Assembly: GCA_018714485.1 (NCBI GenBank)
Contig: DVNJ01000001.1
Location: 94,985 to 158,984 of the forward strand
Reading direction: 5' to 3'
Source: Candidatus Caccalectryoclostridium excrementigallinarum
Lineage (GTDB): Bacteria; Bacillota; Clostridia; Christensenellales; UBA3700
Length of the DNA stretch: 64,000 nt
Below the pieces are notes generated by a model, which saw only the letters and a list, made by a program, of their open reading frames with translations, did not search any database and was not told where the DNA came from. Of this stretch, positions 29,669-41,342 are shown one piece after another. The position numbers and the translations under genes were made by a program. Within the stretch, counting starts at the first letter, position 1; each line of letters opens with the position of its first letter.

Positions 29669-30330
29669 ATTCCACCTTCGTTGAAGAATTTGCAATAGTT
29701 TGTTATCGGGCACGCGGCGCAGTCGGGTCTGCGCGCCGTGCAGATATATCTGCCGTGAAGAATGAGCAGATGGTGCGCCTGAGTGAGCCGTTCGGTCGGT
29801 ATCAGTTTTACCAGCCTCTTTTCCACTTCGAGCGGACTTTTCGAATGGATAAAACCTATCCTGTTCGCAAGACGCAGGACGTGTGTGTCCACAGCCATGG
29901 TCTGTTTTCCGAACGCCACTCCGGCGACGACGTTGGCGGTCTTTCTGCCCACGCCCGCGAGCGAAAGCAGGCTGTCGAAGTCCTCGGGGACTTTTCCGCC
30001 GAATCTTTCCGTGATGTCGCGCGAGCAGGAGATGATGTGCGCGGCTTTACTGCGGTAAAAACCGCAGGAATAGATGAGCTTTTCCAACTCTTCCTGCCTG
30101 AGCGCGGCAAAGTCATCGGGCTTGTTGTATTTTTCGAACAGCACTTTCGTGACTTCGTTCACCCGCTTGTCCGTGCACTGCGCCGAAAGTATCACCGCCA
30201 CGAGCAGTTCGAAGGTCGAAGAATAATTGAGTTCGCACTTCGGCTCGGGGTGCACTTCAAGCAGCCTGTCAAGCAAGTCGCCTATCTGCTCTTTCGTAAA
30301 CTCCATAGTCTTCGCGCACGCGCGCGCCAT
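29665..30330 (-). CDS. nth: Endonuclease III
   Basis: LSAQCTDKRVN, HhH LAGVGRKTANVV, VDTHV and the C-x6-C-x2-C-x5-C Fe-S motif. Confidence 0.95.
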   Translation of the reverse strand: MARACAKTMEFTKEQIGDLLDRLLEVHPEPKCELNYSSTFELLVAVILSAQCTDKRVNEVTKVLFEKYNKPDDFAALRQEELEKLIYSCGFYRSKAAHIISCSRDITERFGGKVPEDFDSLLSLAGVGRKTANVVAGVAFGKQTMAVDTHVLRLANRIGFIHSKSPLEVEKRLVKLIPTERLTQAHHLLILHGRYICTARRPDCAACPITNYCKFFNEGGI

Positions 30331-30340
30331 ACCTTTTTAA

Positions 30341-31615
30341 TTACTTGCGGACTATGTATTCGCTGCGCTCCGCGCCCACGGATACCAGGCTGATCTCGCA
30401 GTCGACCGCCTTTTCGATATAGTCCACGTATTCGCGCGCCGCCTTGGGCAGATCCTCTTCCTTGCGGCAGCGGGAGACGTCGCACTTCCATCCGTCCACA
30501 TATTCATAGACGGGCTTTGCCTCGTCAAGCTCCACGCCGCGCGGGAAATCGTATACCCTTTCGCCGTTCACTTCGTATGCCACGCAGACGGGGATCTTGT
30601 CCATATAAGACAAGACGTCGAGCTTGGTGAGAGCCAGCGTATCCGCGCCCTGGGCGAACACGCCGTAACGCGACGCCACCGCGTCGAAAGGTCCGACTCT
30701 GCGCGGTCTGCCCGTCGCGGCGCCATACTCGCCGCCCGCGGCGCGCAGCTCTTCCGCCTCTTTGCCGAACCATTCCACCGTGAACGGTCCCTCGCCCACG
30801 CAGGAAGAATACGCCTTCATTATTCCGATCACCTTGTCCAGCTTGCGGTTGGGGATACCCGCGCCCACGGGCGCATAAGCGGCGATGGTGTTGGAAGAGG
30901 ACGTATAGGGGTTGATGCCGAAATCTATGTCGCGCAGCGCGCCCAGCTGAGCTTCGAACATGATGTTCTTGCCCGCGTCTATCGCCTTTTCGAGGAAGGA
31001 GGAGACGTTGCAGACGTGCGGTTTGAGCCTGTCGCCGTAAACGGTGAGATATTCTATCATCTCGTCAAGGTCGATCGCTTCCGCGCCGTAAGCCTTGTTG
31101 ATGAAGAGGTTTTTGTAATCGATGATGCCCGCGAGCCTCTTTTTCAGCTGTTCGGGATAGAAAAGATCGCCCATCATGATCACTTTTTTCAGATATTTGT
31201 CGCCGTAGACGGGCGCGATACCGCGGCGGGTGGAGCCGTACTTGGCGTCGCCCAGCCTGTCTTCTTCGAGGCAGTCCTGGCGCACATGGTAAGGCATGCA
31301 GATGACCGCTCTCTCGCTGATCTTCAGCCTGTCGGGAGTTATCTCAACGCCCGCGGCGGCGAGCTTGTCCATCTCTCCGCAAAGGTGCTTGATGTCGATG
31401 ACCATGCCGTTGCCCATGACGTTGGTCACCTCGGGACGCAGTATGCCCGAGGGAATGAGGTTGAGAATGAATTTCCCGCGCTCGTTGATGACCGTGTGCC
31501 CGGCATTGTTGCCGCCCTGATAGCGGCAGACGACGTCATAGTCGCGGGAGATCAGATCGACCATCCTGCCCTTGCCTTCGTCGCCCCAATTTATACCGAC
31601 TATTGCTGTTAACAT
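30341..31615 (-). CDS. purA: Adenylosuccinate synthetase
   Basis: Motifs WGDEGKG, GGNNAGHT, GEYGAATGRPRR and TKLDVL. Confidence 0.97.
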   Translation of the reverse strand: MLTAIVGINWGDEGKGRMVDLISRDYDVVCRYQGGNNAGHTVINERGKFILNLIPSGILRPEVTNVMGNGMVIDIKHLCGEMDKLAAAGVEITPDRLKISERAVICMPYHVRQDCLEEDRLGDAKYGSTRRGIAPVYGDKYLKKVIMMGDLFYPEQLKKRLAGIIDYKNLFINKAYGAEAIDLDEMIEYLTVYGDRLKPHVCNVSSFLEKAIDAGKNIMFEAQLGALRDIDFGINPYTSSSNTIAAYAPVGAGIPNRKLDKVIGIMKAYSSCVGEGPFTVEWFGKEAEELRAAGGEYGAATGRPRRVGPFDAVASRYGVFAQGADTLALTKLDVLSYMDKIPVCVAYEVNGERVYDFPRGVELDEAKPVYEYVDGWKCDVSRCRKEEDLPKAAREYVDYIEKAVDCEISLVSVGAERSEYIVRK

Positions 31616-31652
31616 ATGCTTACTCCTTTGAGATGATTTTCTCGTTGTATTT

Positions 31653-33188
31653 TTATTCCCACTCGATGGTTGCCGGCGGCTTGGAAGTGATGTCGTAGAC
31701 GACTCTGTTCACATGCTTGACCTCATTGACGATGCGCTCGGAAATGCGGCTGAGAACGTCGAAAGGTATCCTCGCCCAATCCGCCGTCATGCCGTCCACC
31801 GACGTGACCGCGCGCAAAACGACCGTGTAATCGTAAGTCCTGCTGTCGCCCATGACGCCCACGCTGCGCATGTTGGTGAGCACGGCGAAATACTGCCAGA
31901 TCTCGCTGTCCAAGCCGTTGAGCGCCACCTCTTCGCGCAATATGTAGTCCGCGTCGCGCAAGATGGAAAGTTTGCGCTCGGTGATGTTGCCGATGACCCT
32001 GATCGCAAGTCCCGGGCCGGGGAAAGGCTGACGCATGACGATGTTTTTGGGCAGTCCGAGTTCGAATCCCACCTTTCTGACCTCGTCTTTGAACAGGTCG
32101 CGCAGCGGCTCGACCAACTCCTTGAACTTGATCACGCTGGGGAGACCGCCCACATTGTGATGGCTCTTGATGGTGGCGGAGTTGCCCAGACCCGACTCGA
32201 TGACGTCGGGATAGATAGTCCCCTGAACGAGGAAGTCCACTTCGCCTATTTTATTTGCCTCCTCTTCGAACACGCGGATAAATTCCGCGCCGATGAGCTT
32301 GCGCTTTTTCTCGGGTTCTTTGACGCCGCGCAAAATTTTGAGGAAACGCTTGGAAGCGTCGGCGAGAATGACGTTCATGCCGCGCTCTTGCTTGAACACG
32401 CGCATGACCTCATCGGCTTCGTATTTGCGCAAAAGACCGTGATCGACGAAAATGCAGGTCAGATTGTCGCCCACGGCGCGGTGGATGAGCGTCGCCGCAA
32501 CGGCGCTGTCCACGCCGCCGCTGAACGCGCAGAGAACTTTTTTGTCGCCTATGCGCTGTTTAAGCTCTTCGACCTTGCTCGCAACAAAGTTGTCCATCGT
32601 CCAATCGCCGTGAACGCCGACGACGTTATAGAGGAAGTTGCGCAGCATGGCAATGCCCTGATCGGTGTGCACCACTTCGGGATGATACTGCACGCCGTAA
32701 ATGCGCGTGTCGTCGTTGCCGAAAGCGGCTATCTTGCAAGTGTCCGTATAAGCGAGAGTTTTGAAGCCCTCGGGCAGCTCTTCCACCTGATCGGTGTGGC
32801 TCATCCAGCAAACGCCGCTGCCGCTAAGCCCCTTATAGATGGGAGAGGAAAGATCGTAAGTCGCCTGCTGCCTGCCGTATTCGCGCTTGTTGGCATGCAC
32901 GACCTTGCCGCCGAGCGTATGGGCGATGAGCTGGCAGCCGTAACAGATGCCGAGCACGGGAATGCCCGCCTGCAAAAGCGCCTTGTCGATATGCGGCGCG
33001 CCCTCTTCGTAGACGCTGGAAGGTCCGCCCGTGAAGATTATGCCCTTGGGGGCTTTGGCGAGTATCTTCTCGGTGGGCGTGGTGCAGGGATACATTTCGC
33101 AATAGACGTTCTGCTCCCTCACTCTGCGCGCGATCAGCTGGTTATACTGACCGCCGAAGTCGAGTACGATAACTAATTCATGGTTCAT
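31653..33188 (-). CDS. guaA: GMP synthase (glutamine-hydrolysing)
   Basis: Motifs [34 protein letters not shown] and KPPATIEWE. Confidence 0.97.
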   Translation of the reverse strand: MNHELVIVLDFGGQYNQLIARRVREQNVYCEMYPCTTPTEKILAKAPKGIIFTGGPSSVYEEGAPHIDKALLQAGIPVLGICYGCQLIAHTLGGKVVHANKREYGRQQATYDLSSPIYKGLSGSGVCWMSHTDQVEELPEGFKTLAYTDTCKIAAFGNDDTRIYGVQYHPEVVHTDQGIAMLRNFLYNVVGVHGDWTMDNFVASKVEELKQRIGDKKVLCAFSGGVDSAVAATLIHRAVGDNLTCIFVDHGLLRKYEADEVMRVFKQERGMNVILADASKRFLKILRGVKEPEKKRKLIGAEFIRVFEEEANKIGEVDFLVQGTIYPDVIESGLGNSATIKSHHNVGGLPSVIKFKELVEPLRDLFKDEVRKVGFELGLPKNIVMRQPFPGPGLAIRVIGNITERKLSILRDADYILREEVALNGLDSEIWQYFAVLTNMRSVGVMGDSRTYDYTVVLRAVTSVDGMTADWARIPFDVLSRISERIVNEVKHVNRVVYDITSKPPATIEWE

Positions 33189-36175
33189 TTGTCTTTCTTT
33201 ATACTCCCGATAAACTTATTTACTGTATTTTTTGCCCATGTATATACGTTGACGAAAAATTTCTTTATCGTCCGATACAGCTCTCTTATCGCGCCCACCT
33301 CGGCGCGCATGAACAGAATGCACGGCGGCACGCAGACCATCATTATTATCAGCTTGGTGAGCATATCCGACGTGAGCGAGGTGATCGAGAAGAACTCGCG
33401 CGTCCAATCCACGCTGACGGCAAAGATGAGCACGACCACCGCTAAACCTATTATCAGCAGCCTGAGCTTTGTGTAGGGATAGCAAGCCTGCAAAAGCACT
33501 ATCAGCGAGCTTAGCGCCGTGATATAGAACGCCATGGTCGCTATCTGCGCCGAAACGTCCAGACCGATGTCGCGGTAAAGCAGGCATGATATGGTCACCA
33601 TAAGCGTTATCGTCATGCCCGCCGGCAACGCCTTCGAGAACACTTTGGAAAGGAAATTGCCCTCCACCTTGCGCCCGTTCGGCTCCAAGGCGAGGAAGAA
33701 GGACGGGATCCCGACAAACAGCGCGCTCGTGAGCGTGAGCTGAATGGGTTCGAAGGGATAGGACATCTGCAAAATTATGCACATGAGCGAAAGCAGCGTA
33801 CTGAACGTCGTCTTGACCAGGAAGAGGGACGCCACGCGCTCGATGTTGTTGATGACTCTCCTGCCCTCGAGCACCACGCTGGGAAGAGAGGCAAAGTCGC
33901 TGTTCATGAGCACGAGCTGCGCCACGTTGCGCGCCGCTTCGCTGCCCGACGCCATCGCGATCGAGCAATCCGCCTCTTTGAGCGCCATGACGTCGTTGAC
34001 GCCGTCGCCCGTCATGCCCACGGTGTGACCCTTGGCTTTCAGTCCCTGAACGAGCAGTTTTTTCTGCTTGGGGGTCACTCTGCCGAAGATGGTATACTTG
34101 TCGCAGGCGGCAAGCACGTCCTCTTCCGTGAGCAGCGTCGTCGCGTCGATATAGCTGTCAAAGCCCTTCACGCCCGCGCGTTCGGCGACCTTTGAGACGG
34201 TGATGGGATTATCGCCCGAGATTATCTTGATCTCCACGCCCTGCTCGGCGAAATATCTGAGCGTCTCGCCCGCGCTCGCCCTGATCTTGTCCGAAAGCAC
34301 GAGCAGCGCCACTGGTTTGAGCTTGTCTTCACGCACGTTTTCTTTGATCTGCAAGGGCGAATAGGCGAGCACGAGCACGCGGAAGCCGCGCTTTGTGTAT
34401 TCCTCTACGTCCTTTTGAACGAGGTTATATCTTTCTTTGAGCACGAACTCGGGCGCGCCGACGATGAACCTGCCCTTTTCGCCGAAGTCCGCGCCGCTCC
34501 ACTTGCGCGCGGAGGAAAAAGGCACGGTGGACTCCGCCGTCCAGACCGTCTCGCCCTTGAAATATGCCGCGAACGCCTCGAAAGTCGAACCGCTCGCGCC
34601 CAGCGCCGCCACCATACTCGTCATGATGTCGGTCACGCCGCCGAACTTATCCGTGTAAACATGCACGCTCTCCACCTGCATACTGCCTTCGGTGATCGTC
34701 CCCGTCTTGTCGAGACAGAGCATATCGACGCGGGCGAGCGTTTCTATCGAATAAAGATCCTGAACGAGCGTCTGCTTGCGCGCGAGCTTGATGACGCCCA
34801 CCGCCAGCGCGATCGAGGTCATCATCACCAATCCTTCAGGGATCATGCCCACCACCGAGGCGACCGTGTTGGTTATCACCGAACTCACCTTTTCCGCCAT
34901 GTCGCTCGAAGTGATGTTGAACATGGCGGCAAAGCCCACGCCCCTGTCCGCGCAGTTGGTCAGATACATGAGAATGCCCATGGGGAAAATGGCGATGGTG
35001 ACTATCCTGATTATCCAATTTATCGAACGCATGAGCTGCGACTTGGACTTTTTGTATTTTTTCGCTTCCGAGAGAATGGTCGCGGCAAAGTTATCCTTGC
35101 CGACCTTGACCACGCGCGCGCGGCAGCTCCCCGCCTGCACCACGCTTCCCGAAAGCAGTTCCGCGCCTTGCGTCTTGTGTATATCGTCCTGTTCGCCCGT
35201 GAGCATGCTTTCGTTGACTTCGCACTCCCCGCTCACGACCACGCTGTCCGAGGCTATCTGCTCGCCCGCGTGTATTTCGATGATGTCGTCGATGACGATA
35301 TCCGACATATCCACCTGTTTTTTCTCGCCGCCGCGAATAACGCTCACCTTGGGAACGTTGAGCAGCGACATTTTTTCCAGCACCAACTTGGAGCGTATCT
35401 CCTGAACGATACCCACGACCATATTGCAGATGACCAAAATTATGAAGGTCATGTTCTTGATGCTGCCGTAGACGAGAATGAGCGCGGCGAGCAAGAAGTT
35501 CAAGCCGTTGAACAGCGTGATGACGTTTGAACGGAAAATGTTCAGGTAAGATTTGGTGACGATGTTGGGCTGCTCGTTGTTAAGCCCGCGTTCCGCGCGC
35601 TCGAGCGCCTGGGCTTCGCTGAGACCCACTTCGGGATCCGCTTCCACCCTCTCCAAAGGGGCATCGAAAACTTTTTCCTGCTTTTTCTTGCGTGAAAAAG
35701 CCTTTTTCTTCTCTTTTTCCCCGCCGCCCGCGGGCTTCACGGACTCAACGGCAGCCTCTTCGGGCGCGGCGGGAGCCTCTTTCGAAAGAGGCTTTTCCGC
35801 TTTCTCCGCCGCCGGCTCTTCGGCGGCGGGCGGAACGGGCTCTTCCTCGGCGGGAGCCAAACTCTCTTCCGCCTTTTTTTCTTGAGCGGTTTTCTTTCCG
35901 CTCCTCTTGCGAGGAGCCTTGGCGGCGGGAGCCTCGCTCTCCTTTTTCTCCGAAACCGCTTTTTGCTCATCTTCGGAAGCTTGCTTTTGCTGCTTTTCGG
36001 GAGCTTGCTCTTTCAGCGCCACGGGGCGCTCTTCCCATTCCGGTCTTTCTTCGGCTGCCTTTTTGACCGCTTTGCGCGTGCGCGAAGGCGCGGAAGGTTT
36101 CTCTTCCGTCACGGCGAGTTCTTCGAGCGGCAGCGCCGCTTTGACTTCTTCCGTCGCTTTCTTCTTTGCAGCCAT
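33185..36175 (-). CDS. P-type cation-transporting ATPase (CtpE-like) with a long low-complexity N-terminus
   Basis: Motifs [24 protein letters not shown] and TGDGVND. Confidence 0.92.
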   Translation of the reverse strand: MAAKKKATEEVKAALPLEELAVTEEKPSAPSRTRKAVKKAAEERPEWEERPVALKEQAPEKQQKQASEDEQKAVSEKKESEAPAAKAPRKRSGKKTAQEKKAEESLAPAEEEPVPPAAEEPAAEKAEKPLSKEAPAAPEEAAVESVKPAGGGEKEKKKAFSRKKKQEKVFDAPLERVEADPEVGLSEAQALERAERGLNNEQPNIVTKSYLNIFRSNVITLFNGLNFLLAALILVYGSIKNMTFIILVICNMVVGIVQEIRSKLVLEKMSLLNVPKVSVIRGGEKKQVDMSDIVIDDIIEIHAGEQIASDSVVVSGECEVNESMLTGEQDDIHKTQGAELLSGSVVQAGSCRARVVKVGKDNFAATILSEAKKYKKSKSQLMRSINWIIRIVTIAIFPMGILMYLTNCADRGVGFAAMFNITSSDMAEKVSSVITNTVASVVGMIPEGLVMMTSIALAVGVIKLARKQTLVQDLYSIETLARVDMLCLDKTGTITEGSMQVESVHVYTDKFGGVTDIMTSMVAALGASGSTFEAFAAYFKGETVWTAESTVPFSSARKWSGADFGEKGRFIVGAPEFVLKERYNLVQKDVEEYTKRGFRVLVLAYSPLQIKENVREDKLKPVALLVLSDKIRASAGETLRYFAEQGVEIKIISGDNPITVSKVAERAGVKGFDSYIDATTLLTEEDVLAACDKYTIFGRVTPKQKKLLVQGLKAKGHTVGMTGDGVNDVMALKEADCSIAMASGSEAARNVAQLVLMNSDFASLPSVVLEGRRVINNIERVASLFLVKTTFSTLLSLMCIILQMSYPFEPIQLTLTSALFVGIPSFFLALEPNGRKVEGNFLSKVFSKALPAGMTITLMVTISCLLYRDIGLDVSAQIATMAFYITALSSLIVLLQACYPYTKLRLLIIGLAVVVLIFAVSVDWTREFFSITSLTSDMLTKLIIMMVCVPPCILFMRAEVGAIRELYRTIKKFFVNVYTWAKNTVNKFIGSIKKDK

Positions 36176-36181
36176 ACTAAG

Positions 36182-36211
36182 ATGATAACATTATTCCCTT
36201 AAATATGTCAA
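36182..36211 (-). promoter_or_regulatory. sigmaA promoter of the P-type ATPase gene (apparently leaderless)
   Basis: TTGACA-18 nt-TATCAT (TG-extended), then 6 nt, then ATG 36175. Confidence 0.6.
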
Positions 36212-36248
36212 TCTATTATTTGCGCGTACGCGTGATTTTTCCGCGCGC

Positions 36249-37418
36249 TCACTTTGCCGTAAGTTTCAGAACTTCCGCGCCCGCGACCGCTTCGTCAATG
36301 AGCGCCTGCTCGCCTTCGAGCTTGCTCTCTTCCGCGCGCGCCTCATCCAAATCGGGGTGAATGACGGGATTGCGCGGCAAAAACACCGTGCAGCAATCCT
36401 CGAAAGGCTGCTTACTTATGTCGTATGTGTCGATATGCTCCGCCTGTTCCATGATCTCCGTCTTGTCCATGGCGATGAGCGGACGGAAGATGGGCAGGCG
36501 TTCGGCGGCGTCTTCCGTGCTCGTTATGCTCTCCATCGTCTGCGACGCCACCTGCCCCAAGCTTTCGCCCGTGATGAGACAGCCGCAGCCCTCGCTCAGG
36601 GCTATCTTTTCGGCGATGCGGACCATGACGCGACGCATGATCGTTATCATGAAGTCGCCGTTGCAGCGGCGGTGAATTTCTTCCTGTATGTGCGTGAACG
36701 GCACCACATAGAGGGTGACGTCGCCGCACCAGCGCGTGAGTTTTTTGGCAAGTTCGACAACTTTTTCCTTGGCTTGCAGGCTCGTATGCGGATAGCTGTG
36801 ATAATGTACGGCGTAAACTTTCATGCCTCTCTTCGCCATGCGCCAGCCCGCGACAGGGGAATCGAAACCGCCGCTCAAAAGCAGCATGCCCTTCCCCGCC
36901 GTACCCACGGGCATGCCGCCGGCGCAGGGAACGCTGCCCATGAAAATATAGGTGAAGCCGTTTTCGCGTATGTCGATGTTGACGACGGCTTCGGGATCGT
37001 GAAGGTCGACGGAGAGATATGGCTTTTCTTTGAGGATACGCGCGCCCGCCTCGATCGCTATCTGCATGGAATTGAGGGGCAGGCTCTTGTCCGCGCGCTT
37101 GACGTTGACGCGGAAAGTCGACTCGCAGGAAGGCGCGAGCTCGATCGCCGCGGCATAGACGCTTTCAAGCTCGGTGGGGAGCTTAACCGCCACGGAGAGC
37201 GAATGCAGACCGAAGACGCATTTGAGCCTTTCGACGATCGCATATTCGTCGCAAGCATCGTATTTTTCCACATAATATCTGTTTTGCGTGCGGGAAAATT
37301 CGCACTCGAAGGGCGCGAGCGCCGCCTTGATGTTGCGCGCGAGAACGCCCTCGAAATAAGAGCGGTTCCTGCCCTTCAAAAAGAGTTCTCCGTAACGCAG
37401 CATTATCACTTTATCCAT
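36249..37418 (-). CDS. thiI: tRNA 4-thiouridine synthase ThiI
   Basis: RYGELFLKGRNR, THUMP domain, PP-loop SGGFDSPVA, GESLGQVASQT and DCC. Confidence 0.95.
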   Translation of the reverse strand: MDKVIMLRYGELFLKGRNRSYFEGVLARNIKAALAPFECEFSRTQNRYYVEKYDACDEYAIVERLKCVFGLHSLSVAVKLPTELESVYAAAIELAPSCESTFRVNVKRADKSLPLNSMQIAIEAGARILKEKPYLSVDLHDPEAVVNIDIRENGFTYIFMGSVPCAGGMPVGTAGKGMLLLSGGFDSPVAGWRMAKRGMKVYAVHYHSYPHTSLQAKEKVVELAKKLTRWCGDVTLYVVPFTHIQEEIHRRCNGDFMITIMRRVMVRIAEKIALSEGCGCLITGESLGQVASQTMESITSTEDAAERLPIFRPLIAMDKTEIMEQAEHIDTYDISKQPFEDCCTVFLPRNPVIHPDLDEARAEESKLEGEQALIDEAVAGAEVLKLTAK

Positions 37419-37421
37419 ATT

Positions 37422-38570
37422 TCACCTCTGTTCGGCAGCGCCGAATTTTCTCTCGTTTCTTATCGCTTCGACCAGCTTACGGCAGGCGGCGAGCAAGTCG
37501 CCCTTTTCGTTCATATCCCCCGCCGTCAGGCGTAGCATACCGTCGAAATATTCCTCTTTCAAGCCCAAAGCCTGCGCTATGCGCTTGTCTTTACTGTGCG
37601 AAGAACAGGCGCTGCCCGTCCCGATCATGATCCCTTCGTCGTCGAGGATGTGCACGAGGACCTCTCCTCTCACGCCCTTCACCGCTAAGGATAAATATCC
37701 CGTGACGCAGGCGCCGCCCTGAGAAATTATGACTATATCGTCTATATTTTCCCGCAGGTAAGCCGTCGCCTCAGAGAACTCCTCTTTCGCCTCTTTTTCG
37801 CCCGCGCGCATCCTCTCCCACGCGAGCCTTGCCGCCTTGGCAAAGGCGCATATCCCCGCCACGTTTTCCGTCGCCGACCTCACGCCCTTTTCCTGCCCGC
37901 CGCCGTGGACAAAGGGAGAAAGATTGACTCCCTTTTTCACATAGAGCGCGCCCACGCCCTTTGGTCCGTGGACTTTATGCGCACTCACCGAATACATGTC
38001 CACTCCCGCCGCGTGCAGATCGATGCGCACCTTGCAAAAAGCCTGAACGCCGTCGCTGTGAAAGAGAGCCTTCGGCGCGCGCTTTTTCGTCAGCGCGGCA
38101 AGGCGGGCGATGTCGTTGACCGCGCCCGTTTCGTTGCACACATGCATTATCGAAACGAGCACCGTGTCGGGCGTGAGCAGGCGTGCGAACGCCTCTTCGT
38201 CCACCGCGCCGCAGGAAGTGACGGGGGCGAAAATTATCTCATAGCCGCGCCGTTCAAGTTCGCAGGCGCACTTATAGACGGCGGAATGCTCGACGGAAGA
38301 GATGATCACTCTGCCGCTTTTGCGGCGCAGAGAGCACAAAAGCGCCATATTGTCCGCTTCGCTCCCCGAGGCGGTAAAATATATCTCCCCCGCGTCCGCG
38401 CCCAAAAGCGCGGCAATGCGCTCGCGCGCGCCGTTCATCGCCTCTTGGGCTTTGAGCGCGCCTTTATAGCGGGCGGAGGGATTAAAGAATACCTCTTCGT
38501 TATATTTTTTCAGCACTTCTCCGCATTCTTCATACATTTTCGTCGTTGCGGCATTGTCAAGATATATCAT
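37422..38570 (-). CDS. Cysteine desulfurase (NifZ/IscS-like) paired with thiI
   Basis: Motifs YLDNAATT, SAHKVHGPKG and GSACSS. Confidence 0.92.
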   Translation of the reverse strand: MIYLDNAATTKMYEECGEVLKKYNEEVFFNPSARYKGALKAQEAMNGARERIAALLGADAGEIYFTASGSEADNMALLCSLRRKSGRVIISSVEHSAVYKCACELERRGYEIIFAPVTSCGAVDEEAFARLLTPDTVLVSIMHVCNETGAVNDIARLAALTKKRAPKALFHSDGVQAFCKVRIDLHAAGVDMYSVSAHKVHGPKGVGALYVKKGVNLSPFVHGGGQEKGVRSATENVAGICAFAKAARLAWERMRAGEKEAKEEFSEATAYLRENIDDIVIISQGGACVTGYLSLAVKGVRGEVLVHILDDEGIMIGTGSACSSHSKDKRIAQALGLKEEYFDGMLRLTAGDMNEKGDLLAACRKLVEAIRNERKFGAAEQR

Positions 38571-39006
38571 CTTCTCTCCTCGTAAACAGGGAATACATAT
38601 ATTCGTCCAAACTCAAAATATAAGTCTTGCCCCGATCTTTTATGGCATATAAGTCGAAATAACTGTCGCCATAGAGCCTTTTCCCCTCTTCGCTCCCGTC
38701 GCAGGGGACGAGCTTTTCGCCCGCTTTGAAGACGGCTATCCTTCTGCTCTTCCCCGTTTTGACCTTGAACACGGCAAGCTCTCCCTCGCGCAGTTCGTAG
38801 CGGTAGGAAAAGACGGTCTCGAGGCTTATCCGCCGCAGAAGATAGTCAAAGAGCAAAACTCCCGCCGCCGCGGCAAAGAGCAGGTGCTCGGCAAAGGCGG
38901 CGAAAAAGAGGAACACGGCGGCGATGTCGCCCGCGATCGCCGCGATGAGCAGCAGGGCGCGCAGCGGCTTGAGCGAATATTTTTCGCTGACGATGACGTA
39001 GCTCAT
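38557..39006 (-). CDS. Hypothetical membrane protein (2 TM plus a small soluble domain)
   Basis: Overlaps both neighbours in the operon; two hydrophobic helices. Confidence 0.7.
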   Translation of the reverse strand: MSYVIVSEKYSLKPLRALLLIAAIAGDIAAVFLFFAAFAEHLLFAAAAGVLLFDYLLRRISLETVFSYRYELREGELAVFKVKTGKSRRIAVFKAGEKLVPCDGSEEGKRLYGDSYFDLYAIKDRGKTYILSLDEYMYSLFTRREDDIS

Positions 39007-41342
39007 TTCAAGGTCACCACGGTCACGCCGTTGTCCCCTTCCCCGTAGCCGCCCGTGCGGAAAGAGAGCACGCGGGGATCGTTTTTCAGCATGCTTTGCA
39101 GGGCGGCGCGCAACGCTCCACTCCCCTTGCCGTGAATGAGGCGCACCTCGTGCAGTCCCGCCTGCGCGGCATTGGACAGATAAATGTCCGTGTTATATTC
39201 CGCCTCTTCGCGCGTCTGTCCGCGCAGATCTATCTCGAAAGAGACATCCGGGCGCGCATAATATTCGCCGACTCGGCGCGGCGCGGACTTTTCGCCGCTC
39301 TTTTGCGCCTTATAGACGTCGGCGGCGGGGACTATCGTCGTCAAAACTCCCGCTTTGACCGTATACTCGCCTTTTTTGTTGATGTTGAGCACGACGCCCG
39401 TCTTGCCCAGCGACTTGACAAAGACCGTGTCGCCCTCGCCTATCTCGCCCGCCGCGCCTTCCGCTCCCGACCTTTCGGGAAGCTCGCCCGCCTTTTCGGC
39501 AAGTTTGTTTTTCAGGCGGCGCGCCTCGAACAGGGCGCGCTCGTCCCCCTCTTTGACCTTTTGCTTTATGCTCTCGACCAGCTCTTCCGCCTCTTCGACG
39601 TAATCGGCAAGCAATTCGCGGTAGCCGCGGCGTATCTTCTCTTCCAGCCTGTCTTTCAGCTGCTCGACGGCGTCGCCGGCGAGCTTGGCTTTTTCAAGTT
39701 CCGCGTCCGCCTCGCTTCTCTCTTTTTTCGCCTTTTCTCTCTCCGCCTCGGCGTCTCTGAGGGCGCGCTCCGCGCCCGCGATCAGGCGGCTCAATTCGCG
39801 CTTTTCGGGGGATATGAGTTCATGGGCGCGCTTCAAGACCTCTTCCGGCATGTCAAAACGCGCGGCTATCTCCAAGGCGTTGGACGATCCCGCGACGCCG
39901 TAAAGCAGCCTGTATGTGGGCGCGAAGGTGACGGGGTCGAAGTCCATGGAAGCGTTCATCACTCCCTCGCTGCGGGCGGAGAAACTTTTCAGCTCGTCAA
40001 AGTGAGAAGTTATCATGCAGCGGCAGCCGATGGACAGCAGTTTTTCCGCGCAAGCGACCGCCAGAGCGCTCCCCTCGGCGGGATCCGTCCCCGCGCCAAG
40101 CTCGTCCAAAAGGACAAGGCTGCGCGCGTTGGCGTTTTTCAGTATCTTTGCGACGTTGACCACATGCGAAGAAAAGGTGGAAAGCGCGAGTTCGATGCTC
40201 TGGTCGTCGCCGATGTCGCAGAAAACTTCTTCGAACCATGACATACGGCTGCCTTCCGCGCAGGGAAGGAAAAAGCCGCAGGCGCTCATGAGCGCAAATA
40301 GTCCGCATAGCTTGAGCGTCACGGTTTTTCCGCCCGTGTTCGGACCGGATATTATCATTACATTGAACTCTCCGCCCAATCGCACCGACACTGGGACGAC
40401 TTTTTTGCCGTCGATGAGCGGATGCCTGCCCTCTTTGACGTCAATCTTTCCGTCGTCGGAATAAGCGGGCATGACCGCTTTCGTGTCGCGCGCATAGCGG
40501 GCTTTGGCGAAGATGACGTCGAGCGCCGAGACCGCCGCGCAGGAACGTTTGATGTTTTCGCTCTCACCGCGGATCTCATGAGTGAACGCCTGCAATATCC
40601 TCTCGCACTCCGCGCTCTCCTGCGCTTTCAGGGCGCGGATCTCGTTGTTCATCTCCACAAGCGCATAAGGCTCGATATAGACCGTCGAGCCGCTCGCCGA
40701 CCTGTCATGCAGCAGTCCGGGCACGGAAGAGCGGCATTCCGCCTTCACGGGCAGAACATATCTGCCCTCGCGCACGGTGACGAGATTTTCCATCAAAAAC
40801 TTAGACTGCGCGCCCGTCAAAAAGGCGTTCAGCCTGCTTCTCACCGCCGCTCCCGCCGCCTTGATCGCGGCGCGCAGACGGCGCAGTTCGCCCGACGCCT
40901 CGTCGGTAAGTTCGCCCTCTTGAGAGATGGCGTCAAAAATATGTTTTTCAAGCGATCTGTCCGTCCCTATCAGGGAGGAAATTTCGCGTATATGTTTGAT
41001 ACGGTCGTCGGGAACATTGTCAATCGCGCCCGCACAGAGCCGAGCCGTGCGCATGGCGACGCCCACTCGCCTGACCTCGAGGGCGGAAAGAGTGGACATT
41101 TTTTCCGCCGCGTCGAGACAGGCGGAAACGTCGTCGAAGGCAAATTCGGGCGAAACGACATGCTCGTGAAGTATTATATCCGCTTCGCTCGTCTGCTCCA
41201 AAAGCAGGCGCGCGGCGTCAAAAGAGCTTTGCGGGCGCAGAGAAAGAATGGCGTTTGCGGCGGCGGCTCCGTGGCAGTAGCCGGAAGCGCGCGCAAGCAC
41301 CTTGTCGAGTTCGAGCGCGATGATACTCCTTTCTCCGTTCAT
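39003..41342 (-). CDS. mutS2: MutS2 family ATPase with a C-terminal Smr domain
   Basis: SGPNTGGKT, DIGDDQSIELALSTFSSH, DELGAGTDP and Smr IDLRG...IHGKGSG. Confidence 0.95.
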   Translation of the reverse strand: MNGERSIIALELDKVLARASGYCHGAAAANAILSLRPQSSFDAARLLLEQTSEADIILHEHVVSPEFAFDDVSACLDAAEKMSTLSALEVRRVGVAMRTARLCAGAIDNVPDDRIKHIREISSLIGTDRSLEKHIFDAISQEGELTDEASGELRRLRAAIKAAGAAVRSRLNAFLTGAQSKFLMENLVTVREGRYVLPVKAECRSSVPGLLHDRSASGSTVYIEPYALVEMNNEIRALKAQESAECERILQAFTHEIRGESENIKRSCAAVSALDVIFAKARYARDTKAVMPAYSDDGKIDVKEGRHPLIDGKKVVPVSVRLGGEFNVMIISGPNTGGKTVTLKLCGLFALMSACGFFLPCAEGSRMSWFEEVFCDIGDDQSIELALSTFSSHVVNVAKILKNANARSLVLLDELGAGTDPAEGSALAVACAEKLLSIGCRCMITSHFDELKSFSARSEGVMNASMDFDPVTFAPTYRLLYGVAGSSNALEIAARFDMPEEVLKRAHELISPEKRELSRLIAGAERALRDAEAEREKAKKERSEADAELEKAKLAGDAVEQLKDRLEEKIRRGYRELLADYVEEAEELVESIKQKVKEGDERALFEARRLKNKLAEKAGELPERSGAEGAAGEIGEGDTVFVKSLGKTGVVLNINKKGEYTVKAGVLTTIVPAADVYKAQKSGEKSAPRRVGEYYARPDVSFEIDLRGQTREEAEYNTDIYLSNAAQAGLHEVRLIHGKGSGALRAALQSMLKNDPRVLSFRTGGYGEGDNGVTVVTLK

